DNA from: Spirochaetia bacterium
Lineage (GTDB): Bacteria > Spirochaetota > Spirochaetia > SZUA-6 > Bin103
Direction: 5' to 3'
Length of the DNA stretch: 64,000 nt
NCBI GenBank assembly: GCA_965203905.1
Contig: CBDBDQ010000005.1
Span: 2,592,001-2,656,000 of the forward strand
Below the pieces are notes generated by a model. The model was not told where the DNA came from. It was given only the letters and a program-made list of their open reading frames with translations, and did not search any database. This document shows, piece after piece, positions 9,801 through 19,849 of this stretch (position 1 is the first letter of the stretch; each line of letters starts with the position of its first letter). The translations under genes were made by a program, and so were the position numbers.

Positions 9801-10919
9801 ATGCTCGGAAAGAGTTGGCTGGGAGTTGCGGTAGCGCTGGTATTCGTGGCGGCGCACGCCATGGGGTCGCCGGCGGGAGAGGCGGAAGCGGCGGAAGAAC
9901 GCGTCCTCAACGTCTACAACTGGTCCGATTATATCGCGGAAGACACGATCGCCAATTTTGAGCAACGCACCGGCATCAAGGTCAACTACGACGTGTTCGA
10001 CTCCAATGAGGTGCTGGAGGCGAAGCTGATGGCCGGCAGCAGCGGCTACGACGTGGTGGTTCCGGCGGCAAGCTTCCTGGAACGCCAGATCGAGGCCGGC
10101 ATCTTCGCCAAGCTCGACAAGGACCGGTTCGAGAACTACGGCAACCTCGATGCCACGATTCTCGAACGCGTCGCGGCTCACGATCCCGGCAACGAGCATG
10201 CCGTCCCCTACATGTGGGGCACCACCGGCTTCGGCTACAATGTCGCCAGGGTCCGGGAGATCATGCCGGACGCCCCGACCGACAGTTGGCGCATGCTGTT
10301 CGATCCGGAGGTGGTCGCGAAGCTGGCGCCCTGCGGCGTCACCGTGCTCGACGCCCCGACCGAGGTGTTCGCCAACGTGATGGGTTATCTGGGACGCGAT
10401 CCCAACAGCGAGAACCCCGCCGACCTCGAGGTGTTTACCGAGCACCTGTTGCGGGTCCGGCCGCACGTCAGGTACTTCCACTCCTCCCAGAACATCAATG
10501 ACCTTGCCACCGGGGAGATCTGCGTGGCCATGGGGTGGAGCGGCGACATGCTGATCGCGCGCGACCGGGCGGCGGAAGCGGGACAGGGCGTCGAGGTAGC
10601 CTACACCATCCCCCGCGAGGGTGCGGTGATCTGGTTCGACAATCTCGCAATCCCGAGCGACGCCCCGCACCCGGACAACGCTCACCTGTTTCTGGACTAC
10701 ATGATGGAGCCGGAGGTGGCCGCGGCGATCTCGAACTACGTGTTCTACGCGAACGCCAACCGCGCTTCGCTGCCCTACGTGGACGACGAAGTGAAGACCG
10801 ATCCGGCGATCTATCCCGCGGCCGAAGTCAAGGAGAACCTGTTCGCAGACCTGGCGGACTCGGCCAGCTTCACGCGGCTCCTCACCCGGGCCTGGACTAC
10901 CGTGAAGACCGGGCGCTGA
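9801..10919 (+). CDS. potF: Putrescine/polyamine ABC transporter substrate-binding protein
   Basis: LNVYNWSDYI, DVFDSNE, PYMWGTTG, WFDNLAIP, WTTVKTG; RBS GGAGG. Confidence 0.9.
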   Translation: MLGKSWLGVAVALVFVAAHAMGSPAGEAEAAEERVLNVYNWSDYIAEDTIANFEQRTGIKVNYDVFDSNEVLEAKLMAGSSGYDVVVPAASFLERQIEAGIFAKLDKDRFENYGNLDATILERVAAHDPGNEHAVPYMWGTTGFGYNVARVREIMPDAPTDSWRMLFDPEVVAKLAPCGVTVLDAPTEVFANVMGYLGRDPNSENPADLEVFTEHLLRVRPHVRYFHSSQNINDLATGEICVAMGWSGDMLIARDRAAEAGQGVEVAYTIPREGAVIWFDNLAIPSDAPHPDNAHLFLDYMMEPEVAAAISNYVFYANANRASLPYVDDEVKTDPAIYPAAEVKENLFADLADSASFTRLLTRAWTTVKTGR

Positions 10920-11004
10920 CCGGCGCGCGCCGCGACCCGCCGTCCGATTCACGGGGATGGCGGCGCATGCGAGGGCAGGTATGGTGGTGGCGGAGAACGC
11001 CACG

Positions 11005-12144
11005 ATGAACGATCCGCGCCCCGAACCCGAAGCACGGACCGCGCCTGACGGAGCGGCACAGCCCTACGTGCGAATAGAGGGCGTGACCAGGAAGTTCGGC
11101 GAGTTCGCCGCGGTCGACGACGTATCGCTGGACATCTTCCGCGGCGAAGTGTTCTGCCTGCTCGGCGGCTCCGGCTGCGGCAAGACCACGCTGCTGCGGG
11201 TCCTGGCGGGTCTGGAGCCGGCGACCACCGGCAGCGTGCTGATCGACGGGGTGGACGTGACCGGCATCCCGCCCTACCGGCGCCCGGTCAACATGATGTT
11301 CCAGTCCTATGCGCTGTTCCCCCACATGACGGTACGCAACAACGTCGCCTTCGGACTGCGCCAGGAGGGCATCCGGTCCCCGCAGATCAAGCGGCGCGTC
11401 GACGCGATCCTCGACCTGGTCAAGCTGGGACCCTACGCGCGCCGCAAGCCGCAGCAGCTCTCCGGCGGCCAGCGCCAACGCGTGGCGCTGGCGCGAGCGC
11501 TGGTCAAGGAGCCAAAGCTGCTGCTGCTCGACGAGCCGCTCGGTGCGCTGGACCGGCAGCTTCGCGAGGAGATGCAGTTCGAGCTGATCAACATCCAGCA
11601 GGCGCTCGGCATCACCTTCGTCGTGGTTACCCACGATCAGGAGGAGGCGATGACGCTCTCCAGCCGGATCGGCGTGATGCACGCTGGCCGGATCGTCCAG
11701 ACCGGGACGCCGACGGAGATCTACGAGTGCCCTGGTTCGCGGTTCGTGGCCCGCTTCATCGGCTCGGTGAACCTGTTCGAGGGCCACGTCGTGGAGCGCA
11801 CCTCGGACCGCGTGCTGGTCGCCTCCGAGGAGGCCGGCTGTCCGCTTGCGGTCGAGCACGGCGCGCAGGTCGTGGCGGGCGCCCGGGTGGCGGTCGCGGT
11901 ACGCCCGGAGAAGCTGGTGATGGCGCGCGAGCCGCCCGCCCACGAGTACAACCGTATCGCCGCGGTGATCGACGAGATCGCTTACCGCGGAGGGCTCTCG
12001 ATCTTCAAGCTGCGCACCGTGACGGGGCGCACGCTGCGCCTCACCCAACCCAACCGCGACCGCGCCACGGCGCAGCGGCCGACGCTGCGCGAGCCGGTAT
12101 ACGTATCGTGGCACCCGGCGAGCGGGGTCGTGCTCCAGGCATGA
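11005..12144 (+). CDS. potG: Polyamine ABC transporter ATP-binding protein
   Basis: GGSGCGKT, LSGGQRQR, LLLDEP, TOBE-like C-terminus; the start may be 10957. Confidence 0.88.
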   Translation: MNDPRPEPEARTAPDGAAQPYVRIEGVTRKFGEFAAVDDVSLDIFRGEVFCLLGGSGCGKTTLLRVLAGLEPATTGSVLIDGVDVTGIPPYRRPVNMMFQSYALFPHMTVRNNVAFGLRQEGIRSPQIKRRVDAILDLVKLGPYARRKPQQLSGGQRQRVALARALVKEPKLLLLDEPLGALDRQLREEMQFELINIQQALGITFVVVTHDQEEAMTLSSRIGVMHAGRIVQTGTPTEIYECPGSRFVARFIGSVNLFEGHVVERTSDRVLVASEEAGCPLAVEHGAQVVAGARVAVAVRPEKLVMAREPPAHEYNRIAAVIDEIAYRGGLSIFKLRTVTGRTLRLTQPNRDRATAQRPTLREPVYVSWHPASGVVLQA

Positions 12145-13064
12145 GCCGCGGCCGCGCGGGTCTGTGGCGCCTCGGCCGCCGCACGGGGATAAGCGGGCGC
12201 ACGCTGGTGATCGCGTTTCCCTACCTGTGGCTGCTCCTGTTCTTCCTCGTGCCGCTTGCGATCGTGTTGAAGATCGCGCTCTCCGAGGCCCTGATCGCGC
12301 GTCCGCCCTACGCACCGCTGTTCACGTGGCGCGCGGACGGTGCCCTGACGATACAACTGCACTTCCAGAACTTCCTGTTTCTCGTGCGCGACGACCTCTA
12401 CTGGCGGGCGTACCTCAACTCCGGAAAGATCGCGCTGATCGCGACCGTACTCTGTCTCGCGCTCGGCTACCCGGTGGCCTACGGCATCGCACGCGCGGCG
12501 CCGGGGGTACGCGACGTGCTGTTGATGCTGGTCATACTGCCGTTCTGGACCTCGTTCCTGCTGCGCGTCTACGCCTGGATCGGAATCCTCAAGAACAACG
12601 GACTGATCAACAACCTGCTGCTGGCGCTCGGCGTCATCGACCGGCCGCTGGTGATGATGCAGACCGATTTCGCCGTCTACCTCGGCATCGTGTACTCCTA
12701 TCTGCCGTTCATGATCCTTCCGCTGTACGCGAAACTGCAGCGCCTGGACCACAGCCTGTGGGAAGCGGCCGCCGACCTCGGCTGCCGTCCCCGGAAGGCG
12801 TTCCTCACGATTACCCTGCCGCTATCGCTGCCCGGCGTGGTGGCCGGCTCGATGCTGGTGTTCATCCCGGCGGTGGGCGAATTCGTGATCCCGGCGCTGC
12901 TCGGCGGGCCGGACACCTTGATGATCGGCCGGGTGCTGTGGGATGAGTTCTTCGCCAACCGCGACTGGCCGGTGGCCTCGGCGGTGGCGATCGCGGTGCT
13001 GCTCCTGCTGGTGGTTCCAATCACCCTGCTGCAGTTCATCCACGCGCGCGAGGCGCGGCGATGA
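12141..13064 (+). CDS. potH: Polyamine ABC transporter permease
   Basis: LPFWTSFLLRVYAW and EAA loop; ATGA overlap with potG. Confidence 0.88.
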   Translation: MSRGRAGLWRLGRRTGISGRTLVIAFPYLWLLLFFLVPLAIVLKIALSEALIARPPYAPLFTWRADGALTIQLHFQNFLFLVRDDLYWRAYLNSGKIALIATVLCLALGYPVAYGIARAAPGVRDVLLMLVILPFWTSFLLRVYAWIGILKNNGLINNLLLALGVIDRPLVMMQTDFAVYLGIVYSYLPFMILPLYAKLQRLDHSLWEAAADLGCRPRKAFLTITLPLSLPGVVAGSMLVFIPAVGEFVIPALLGGPDTLMIGRVLWDEFFANRDWPVASAVAIAVLLLLVVPITLLQFIHAREARR

Positions 13065-13906
13065 GCACCGGCCGCTCCGGGTTCGTGATCATCGCGATGG
13101 CGCTCGGCTTCGCCTTCCTCTATCTGCCGATCGTCTCGCTCATCGTCTACTCGTTCAACGCCTCCAAGCTGGTTACGGTGTGGGGCGGATGGTCGACCCG
13201 GTGGTACGGCGAGTTGCTGCGCGACGACCAGATTCTGCGCGCGGCGTGGCTGAGCCTGCGCATTGCGGTGGCGACCGCGACCGTCGCCGTAGTGTTGGGC
13301 ACGCTGGCCGGCCTGGTGCTGGCGCGCATGGGGCGCTTTCGCGGGCGGCTCCTGTTCAGCGGCATGACCTCCGCGCCGCTGGTGATGCCGGAAGTGATCA
13401 CCGGCCTCTCCCTGCTGCTGCTGTTCGTGGCGCTGGAGGACGTGATCGGCTGGCCGCGGGGCCGCGGCGTCACTACCATCACCATCGCCCACGTCACCTT
13501 CTCGATGGCCTACGTGGCGGTGGTGATCCAGTCGCAGCTCGCGAACCTCGACCAGGCGCTGGAAGAGGCGGCGCTGGACCTGGGAGCGCGACCGGCCAAG
13601 GTGTTCTGCGTCATCACGCTGCCGCTCATCGCGCCGGCGCTGGTCTCCGGCTGGCTGCTCTCCTTCACCCTGTCGCTGGACGATCTGATCATCGCCAGCT
13701 TCGTCGCCGGTCCAGGTTCCAGCACTCTGCCGATGGTGGTCTTCTCCAAGGTGCGCCTCGGCGTGAGCCCCGAGATCAACGCCCTCGCGACCCTGTTCGT
13801 GCTGGTGGTAGCCGTCGGCGTCGCCGCCGCGGGGATCGTTACGAGCCGCGCGCAGCAACGGCGCGCCCTCCGTGCTCAGGGCGCGCTCGAGCGACCGCCG
13901 GGGTGA
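13061..13906 (+). CDS. potI: Polyamine ABC transporter permease
   Basis: YSFN, MPEVITG, LEEAALDLGA, FTLSLDD, PEINALAT. Confidence 0.88.
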   Translation: MSTGRSGFVIIAMALGFAFLYLPIVSLIVYSFNASKLVTVWGGWSTRWYGELLRDDQILRAAWLSLRIAVATATVAVVLGTLAGLVLARMGRFRGRLLFSGMTSAPLVMPEVITGLSLLLLFVALEDVIGWPRGRGVTTITIAHVTFSMAYVAVVIQSQLANLDQALEEAALDLGARPAKVFCVITLPLIAPALVSGWLLSFTLSLDDLIIASFVAGPGSSTLPMVVFSKVRLGVSPEINALATLFVLVVAVGVAAAGIVTSRAQQRRALRAQGALERPPG

Positions 13907-15159
13907 CGTGCCTCGCCGCACGGCTGCTCCTGGGTGCAGCAGTGAATGCCGCCACCCGCGAAGTTGATCGCGCTCGGGTCGATCTGCACCACGGTGCGCC
14001 CCGGGTAGGCCGCCTCCAGGGTGGCAGCCGCGGCGTCGTCCTTCTCGGCGTTGCCATACCTGGGGGCGATGACAAGCCCGTTGGTCACCAGGTAGTTGGC
14101 GTAGCTGGAAGCCTTCACCACGTGGATTGGCCTGCCATGCGGGAAGGGAGGCACGTCGGCCGGGTAGTCGAGCTCGGCCAGCCACTGGTACATGGGCTCG
14201 GTGGGCTGCAGCGCCAGGTATTCGACTTCCGGCACTGGAAGCTGCACCACCGAGAGTGGGCTGCCGCACTGATCGGTGGCCTGCGCCAGGGTGCGGGCGA
14301 TCGCGGTGCAGCACGCGTAATGCAGTGCCGCCAACGGATCGCGCGCTGCCTCATCCGGGGTCACCTGCGCCAGGACGATCTCACGCGGACCCGCGAATCT
14401 AACCAGTTCGTCCAGGTGACCGCCGGTGGTCTGTGGGCCGTACAGCAGGATCGTGTCGCCGGCGTGGTCCCGATAGGGGAGCGGGCCCCAACTCGAATGC
14501 GCGTCCACGCCCAGGCCACTGTCGAGCCGAATGACGTTGGTGACGCCGAGCGCGGTCCGGTAGCCGTGGTCCAGGGCGGATCGCGCGACGCCGGGATTGC
14601 GCGCGCCCTCTACGGTCCCGGATACCAGCATGGTGCCGTGTCCGTTGACGATTCTGTCTCCCCCTTCACTGACGAAGTCGACTGCCTCCACCCCTTCGAT
14701 GCCCAGATGACCCGCAACCAGGTCCGGTACGCGGGTCATCGCCGCCGACACCGGATCCGACGTGGTGGCGTATCCCCACTGACTCTGTCGGAACCGCGCC
14801 ATCCCCAACCGGTTCGCGGCATTGCGCGTAAAGGTCGGCCCGTAGTCCCGTACCCAGATGTCCACCTGGTCGATGTGCACGAACTTGACGTGGGAGTCGG
14901 CGGCGAATCCATTCGTGGCCAGCCAGCATCGCGCGTCACGCTCTCCCGATCGGTCGGTGCACATGAGTTGCACGTCGATGCCGTGAGCGGCGAGCGCGGC
15001 CATGATCCCGGCAAGCGGCGCTCGGGTGTCGAGCGCGGAATCCGCATACCACTGATCCTTGGGCCATCCCATCCAGATGGCCGCGTGCCGTTCGGTATCC
15101 GCCGGCATGACGAAGTTGTCGCTGCCAGCGGGGTGCGGTTGCGACCGTTTGCCGACCAT
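13876..15159 (-). CDS. aguA: Agmatine deiminase / PAD family
   Basis: DIWVRDYGP, EGG, GHLD, SYANY, GGGIHCCTQEQP. Confidence 0.85.
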   Translation of the reverse strand: MVGKRSQPHPAGSDNFVMPADTERHAAIWMGWPKDQWYADSALDTRAPLAGIMAALAAHGIDVQLMCTDRSGERDARCWLATNGFAADSHVKFVHIDQVDIWVRDYGPTFTRNAANRLGMARFRQSQWGYATTSDPVSAAMTRVPDLVAGHLGIEGVEAVDFVSEGGDRIVNGHGTMLVSGTVEGARNPGVARSALDHGYRTALGVTNVIRLDSGLGVDAHSSWGPLPYRDHAGDTILLYGPQTTGGHLDELVRFAGPREIVLAQVTPDEAARDPLAALHYACCTAIARTLAQATDQCGSPLSVVQLPVPEVEYLALQPTEPMYQWLAELDYPADVPPFPHGRPIHVVKASSYANYLVTNGLVIAPRYGNAEKDDAAAATLEAAYPGRTVVQIDPSAINFAGGGIHCCTQEQPCGEARHPGGRSSAP

Positions 15160-15193
15160 GCTCGCAGGGTACCTCGGCGACGCGCTGCCGGAA

Positions 15194-15211
15194 ATGTCTC
15201 CTTGGGGATAC
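15194..15211. promoter_or_regulatory. Third operator box, upstream of the agmatine deiminase
   Basis: ATGTCTCCTTGGGGATAC matches the 9625 and 9684 boxes. Confidence 0.65.
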
Positions 15212-16017
15212 TACCGGCCCGCTGACCGACCGGGGTCGGCAGCCGGCTCATGCCCGATGCCGCGCAGGAAGCGGGCGAACAGCGCCGCCTGCGAGGTAAT
15301 CGCCAGCTTGCGGTAGATGTTCTTGCGGTGGTTCTTGACCGTGCCCACCGCAATGCTGAGCTGTCCGGCGATCGACTTCGACGAGTGCCCCTTCAGGATC
15401 AGGGCGACGACGTCGCGCTCGCGCGCCGACAGTGCCGCGAACCCGCGCTGCCGCAGCGTGTCATCGAGGGTGACCGGGCCGGCGCCGGCAGCGGCGAACT
15501 GCTCGGCATCCCACTGGCGCACCAGCAACGCCTCGATCACCGGCAGCAGCGACTGCAGGCGCTGCACACCGCGGCTGGCGAACGGCGCGGTGCCGGCCGC
15601 GCGCCCAAGCGACGCGAAGATGTGCGACCCCGCCCGGCGCGCCACGAAGATGCCGACCTCGTCCACCAGCCGGGTGTCCGTATAGTAGGTGGAAAAGTAC
15701 TCCGACTTGCGGAAGTGATCGGGCTGGATCTCCTGCAACCTGACGACCGGGCGGTCGAGCCCTCTTACCACGAGGTCGTAGAACGGGTCGAGCAGGTAGG
15801 CTCCGCGCAGATACGCCCCGATCACCGCCTCGCGCCGCTCCGGCCTGATGTCGTCGTACAGAACCACGGGCCGCCGACCCGCCGCCAGCAGCGTGACCAG
15901 GCAGGAGGTGAACGGCAGCAATGCGTCCACGAAGGCGAGAATCGCTGCAGGTCCGGCCGCGGTCCCCGCGGTGCGCGTCGCCCGGGCGAGCAGTTCCACG
16001 GTCGAACGGTCCACCAC
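15211..16017 (-). CDS. LuxR C-terminal HTH regulator (amine-sensing type)
   Basis: YLLDPFY N-domain; LSARERDV..GHSSKSIA..TVKNHRKNIYRKL. Confidence 0.9.
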   Translation of the reverse strand: MVDRSTVELLARATRTAGTAAGPAAILAFVDALLPFTSCLVTLLAAGRRPVVLYDDIRPERREAVIGAYLRGAYLLDPFYDLVVRGLDRPVVRLQEIQPDHFRKSEYFSTYYTDTRLVDEVGIFVARRAGSHIFASLGRAAGTAPFASRGVQRLQSLLPVIEALLVRQWDAEQFAAAGAGPVTLDDTLRQRGFAALSARERDVVALILKGHSSKSIAGQLSIAVGTVKNHRKNIYRKLAITSQAALFARFLRGIGHEPAADPGRSAGR

Positions 16018-16106
16018 GTGTCACGTTACGCCGGGAGCCGGGCGGCCTGCTACGGGGTGTCCCGTTGCGTGTCCGGTGGACAGCGAGAGCCCCAGCTCGC
16101 TGCAGG

Positions 16107-17090
16107 TCACCGCTCGCCGCTCCTGCTGGCGTCCCGCCGATACACCCAGCGGCTCACCGTGGCCGGGTGCGATTCCGAGGAGGCCAGCCGGGTGGTGCGG
16201 CCCCCTGTTACGACGTGGCATGCCACGGTCGCGTGTCCGCGAATCGCTTCTACTACCCGCGTAGCGGTCGCCGCGTCACTGCACACCAGGTAGCAGGCAC
16301 CGCCGCAACCCGCGCCGCTGAGCTTGCCACCGCGGGCACCGGCGTCGCTGCCGGCCTGCAGCAGACGGTCCTGCTGCGGGTCGGCAAGGCCGAGTCGGCT
16401 GAGCATCCGGTGAGCGGCGTCAGCCAGCGTGCCGAGCGCCGCGGTCGGTATCCGCGGCTGCAGCAGGAGCGCGCGCGCCTCGCGGCTGCAGCGGCCGAGG
16501 CGTTGCAGCGCGTCGCGCGTGGCGCTGTCGCCCGCGCGGAGGCGCTGCGCCACCGCGGCCACCTGGGCTTTGGTGTCGCCGCGTCGCGGCACCGCGGCCA
16601 CGACCAGGTGCAGCTCGGAGGTGGGCAGTGACTCGTAGCGTGGCAGGCCGCCGTCCCCGCCGGGCCAGCTCAGGAAGCCCACGCCCGGATGCGCGGCGAG
16701 GCCGGTGTCGGCGCCGGAGGGTGCCCCGTGGAACACCTTCTCACGCTCGTGCGCACCGCGCCAGATGGCGCCGCCGTCCGCTTGCCCGGCGCTGGCGAGG
16801 GCGCGTTCGGCGGCGACGCAGAGCGCGGCGCTGGACCCGAACCCGAGGCCGATGGGGATGTGCGAGCGGATCTCGATCTGCGCCGCATACCGCGGCTGCG
16901 CGAGCATCGCGGCGAGTGCCGCCGGGAGTGGCGGCAGGTCACGGGAGGCATACTGCCCGGCGTTCAGCGGAGTGATCCGCAACTCGGCCGTCCACGGCAG
17001 ACTGATGCCGAGGGCAGGTTCGCCGTAGACGGCGGCATGCTCTCCGAACAGGAGCAGCTTGCCGCGGGCGCGCCCGATCAGGTCAGCCAT
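16107..17090 (-). CDS. mvk: Mevalonate kinase
   Basis: GKLLLFGEHAAVYG, GLGFGSSAA, HGAPSGAD, KLSGAGCGG; ATG at 17090. Confidence 0.88.
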   Translation of the reverse strand: MADLIGRARGKLLLFGEHAAVYGEPALGISLPWTAELRITPLNAGQYASRDLPPLPAALAAMLAQPRYAAQIEIRSHIPIGLGFGSSAALCVAAERALASAGQADGGAIWRGAHEREKVFHGAPSGADTGLAAHPGVGFLSWPGGDGGLPRYESLPTSELHLVVAAVPRRGDTKAQVAAVAQRLRAGDSATRDALQRLGRCSREARALLLQPRIPTAALGTLADAAHRMLSRLGLADPQQDRLLQAGSDAGARGGKLSGAGCGGACYLVCSDAATATRVVEAIRGHATVACHVVTGGRTTRLASSESHPATVSRWVYRRDASRSGER

Positions 17091-18028
17091 CGCAGCCCAT
17101 CCGGAGCCAACTCCAGCGGCGCGACGTGTGGCGCGGTAGGAGGCTCCAGCCCGGCCGGCGCCGCGGCGATGCCCAGCTCGCCGCCGGCCCCGACCGGCTT
17201 GGCGGCCCATCCGCAGGCGCGCAGCCGCTCCAGGCGGGCGCGTAGCTCGGGCGGTTCCACCGACACCCCGATGCGATCTCCGAGCCAGCGGAGCAACTCG
17301 CCGCCGGTGCGGATGGCGGCGCAACACTGGGCTCCATCGGTGGCGGCGGCGAACTGCTCGACGGCATCGCGGGAGCGCCTGCGGAAGTCGTCGGCGAGCG
17401 CCGGCTCCCGCCGCCGCCACTCGACGTACCGGGCGATGGCGCAGGGTGTTGCCAGGGGTCGGGTTCCCACGACCAGACAGAGTGCCGGCAGCGCCGACGA
17501 GAGGTGCTGGCGTATAGCGGGCCGGTGCCCGCCGATGAAGTGCACGACTCCGCCTCGGACCGAAGCCGCCACGTCGTAGCCGCTGCCACGGCCGCCCTGG
17601 GCGCTGCGGTGTGCAGCCAGCGCCGCCCTGAAGACCTGGCGCCGGCCGGCCTCCAGATTCCCACCGTGCGGAGGATCACGGTGCAGCAACAGCGCCGCCA
17701 CCGCCGCGGCCACGGCCGCACTAGAACCGAGTCCCAGCTTGCCGTGCGGTGCACTGAAGGCGGTGGAGTCGACCTCGATGGCGCCCGCCGGCGTCCCGCA
17801 TTCCCGGACCAGCGCGGCGAGCAGCGGAGAATCGCATCCCGCCGGCGTCCAGGTGAAGCTCCGTGCACCCATGCGCCCCACGATCCGAGGCGGGCGGCCC
17901 TCCGCGAAGGTGGCACGCACCTCCGGCAGCACGGCGAGTGCGATGCCGGGTGCCTCCGGCTCGGTGACGGCGTACTCGCCGAGCAACAGGACATTGGCCG
18001 GCGCAGCCACGGTCACGCGGTCAGTCAA
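17078..18028 (-). CDS. Phosphomevalonate kinase (GHMP kinase)
   Basis: LLLGEYAV, KLGLGSSAA, GSGYDVAAS, KPVGAGGE. Confidence 0.8.
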   Translation of the reverse strand: MTDRVTVAAPANVLLLGEYAVTEPEAPGIALAVLPEVRATFAEGRPPRIVGRMGARSFTWTPAGCDSPLLAALVRECGTPAGAIEVDSTAFSAPHGKLGLGSSAAVAAAVAALLLHRDPPHGGNLEAGRRQVFRAALAAHRSAQGGRGSGYDVAASVRGGVVHFIGGHRPAIRQHLSSALPALCLVVGTRPLATPCAIARYVEWRRREPALADDFRRRSRDAVEQFAAATDGAQCCAAIRTGGELLRWLGDRIGVSVEPPELRARLERLRACGWAAKPVGAGGELGIAAAPAGLEPPTAPHVAPLELAPDGLRWLT

Positions 18029-18883
18029 TGATGCTGGGTCCGGGACCGGGCGCGGTTTCGATCAGGTCGTGGGTAGACGGGTCTGCCCCGGTCAGCAGAG
18101 CGGCACGGACTCGCTCCACGTCGTTCGCCAAGCACGCGTTCTTGACCTGCGGGCCGGCGTCCATGGTCTCCCAGGCACAGACCCCCGCCGCGCGCAGATC
18201 CTCCAGCACCCGCAGCGACTTCGGAAGCAGATGGTTGATGGGAGGATCGGCGGCGAACATGGAGCCGAACATGCGCAGGTAGCTCACGCGCATGTTCGGG
18301 CCGAGCCGCTGCAGGTCGCGCGTCCGTACCACCTCCAGCGCCGCCTGGAAGGTGGCTTCCGCGGTGGCTACCCACGTCGGGTAGTAGGGGGAGGTGGCGG
18401 CCACGTGCAGCATCGCGTCACGTGACGGTATCGGCTTGGGGCGGCGCGAAGTGACCGCCACCAGCAACCGCAGTTCGGGCCAATGATCTTCCGGGAACGC
18501 ATCACCGGCGCACTCGGCCCCCGCCTCGAGCGTGCTGAAGCCACCCCAAAGGGCACGTGCGGCCGATGCCGATCCGAGCCAGAGCCGTTCGCGAGAGATC
18601 TGCTTGCCGTCCAGCACGGCGCAGCCCAGCGCCAACGCCGCGAACAGCGACGCCGAGCTCGCCAGACCCGCGGCACCGGGAAGCTGTTGCTCGCGTCGGC
18701 GCGGTAGCGGGTGGCGACGCCGAGCGTGGCGCGCGCGGCGTCGAAGAACCGTGTGTACCGGGGTTCCGGCACCACCGTGCCGTCGACGCTCAGGTAGTCG
18801 CGGTCGGCATTCCCCTGCAACCGCACATCGGTGTGCAGACCGTTGACGGTCACGGCCAGAGCTAGCGACGGCGCCGCCCGCAC
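18021..18883 (-). pseudogene. mvaD: Degenerate duplicate of diphosphomevalonate decarboxylase
   Basis: Paralog of 20604-21569; lacks the conserved KYWGK...NLPATSS block; frameshift near 18680 splits it into two ORFs. Confidence 0.85.
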
Positions 18884-18955
18884 CCGTTATCCAACCCTAT
18901 CCTCGCCCGTATACTCGCGTTAGATGGTCGCGCAGGGTGCGGCGTCCCGGCCCTA

Positions 18956-19171
18956 TCACGCTTCCGAGCGTCGTAGATGAACTTTATTGCGATTTCCCTT
19001 GGAGTCTATAATGAGTGCTCTCCGACGTTCATCGGGAGTTGCAAGGCCGTACGCAGATCTCTTCAATCCGCCTTTTCTGAGACGTCGCGAGAGTTCCTGG
19101 CCTTTCTGCAGTTCATCAGTGTCGACTTGCGGATTGTTCTTTACTACTTCTTGAATATCAACTTCCTGCAT
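18956..19171 (-). CDS. Small hypothetical protein (low GC)
   Basis: 71 aa ORF with AGGAGG RBS, directly downstream of the SDH-like gene. Confidence 0.55.
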   Translation of the reverse strand: MQEVDIQEVVKNNPQVDTDELQKGQELSRRLRKGGLKRSAYGLATPDERRRALIIDSKGNRNKVHLRRSEA

Positions 19172-19194
19172 GAGTGCCCAGCCTCCTAAATCAG

Positions 19195-19689
19195 TTACCC
19201 AAACGGTCGATAGTTCCCAGCAGTATGAACTACACCTCTATGCCCCATCTTACTCCGATAGTCTTCCAAAAGCGTGTGATAGTCCCTAATTGGATCTATG
19301 GGACCGAGGCGGGAGTAGTAGTCCATGTGGATAGCATCTCCGGACATAACTAATACGGTTCCCGCCGAAAATGCACTATCTGGCACGACAAACTCGACAA
19401 CGTCGTAATGATTCCTCAAGGTATCGACAATGCGCTGTACGACCTCAATGTAACCTCCATTGGTAGTCAAGACAACGACCAGCCGATCAACGCCGTCTTG
19501 TTGCATACGTCTTTGCTCTACCGAGGCGCGCACAATGTCATCGACACCGCCGACAAGCGGGCCACGGAACGATAGTGCGTGACCGGAGAAGTGCTCCTCC
19601 AAAGCGCAAAGCCGCTCATCGAGTTGCTGCTCGATGAAGTCGTTCGCGCTCAAGGGCACCGAGGGATCTGTAATACTAGCCGTCGCCAA
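19195..19689 (-). pseudogene. SDH-family Clp-fold serine protease, apparently internally deleted
   Basis: TNGG, AFSAGT, SGDAIHM, LGPIDP motifs followed by an abrupt jump to a C-terminal helix; only 164 aa; low GC. Confidence 0.65.
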
Positions 19690-19849
19690 GTCGTATGCCT
19701 ACAGCCATCGAGTACGGCATTCTCGCACGTTCGACAGTCACCCGCAACTCGCCGTGCCAACCTCCTGTAGCGAGGCGGACCTCAGATACGGCAGGACTGC
19801 CCGCCAATCAGGGACCACCGCATGACCATGAAGCTGCTCGCTCCGCCAG

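Noticed and set aside
10920-10965. GC-rich hairpin between potF and potG
   Set aside because: Probably an ordinary mRNA-stabilising stem after a substrate-binding protein gene
7617-15225. Very long antisense or alternative-frame ORFs (for example 7617-9581 and 12943-15225; also 31631-34021 and 61781-63685)
   Set aside because: They are shadow ORFs of real high-GC genes on the other strand or frame and show no recognisable motifs
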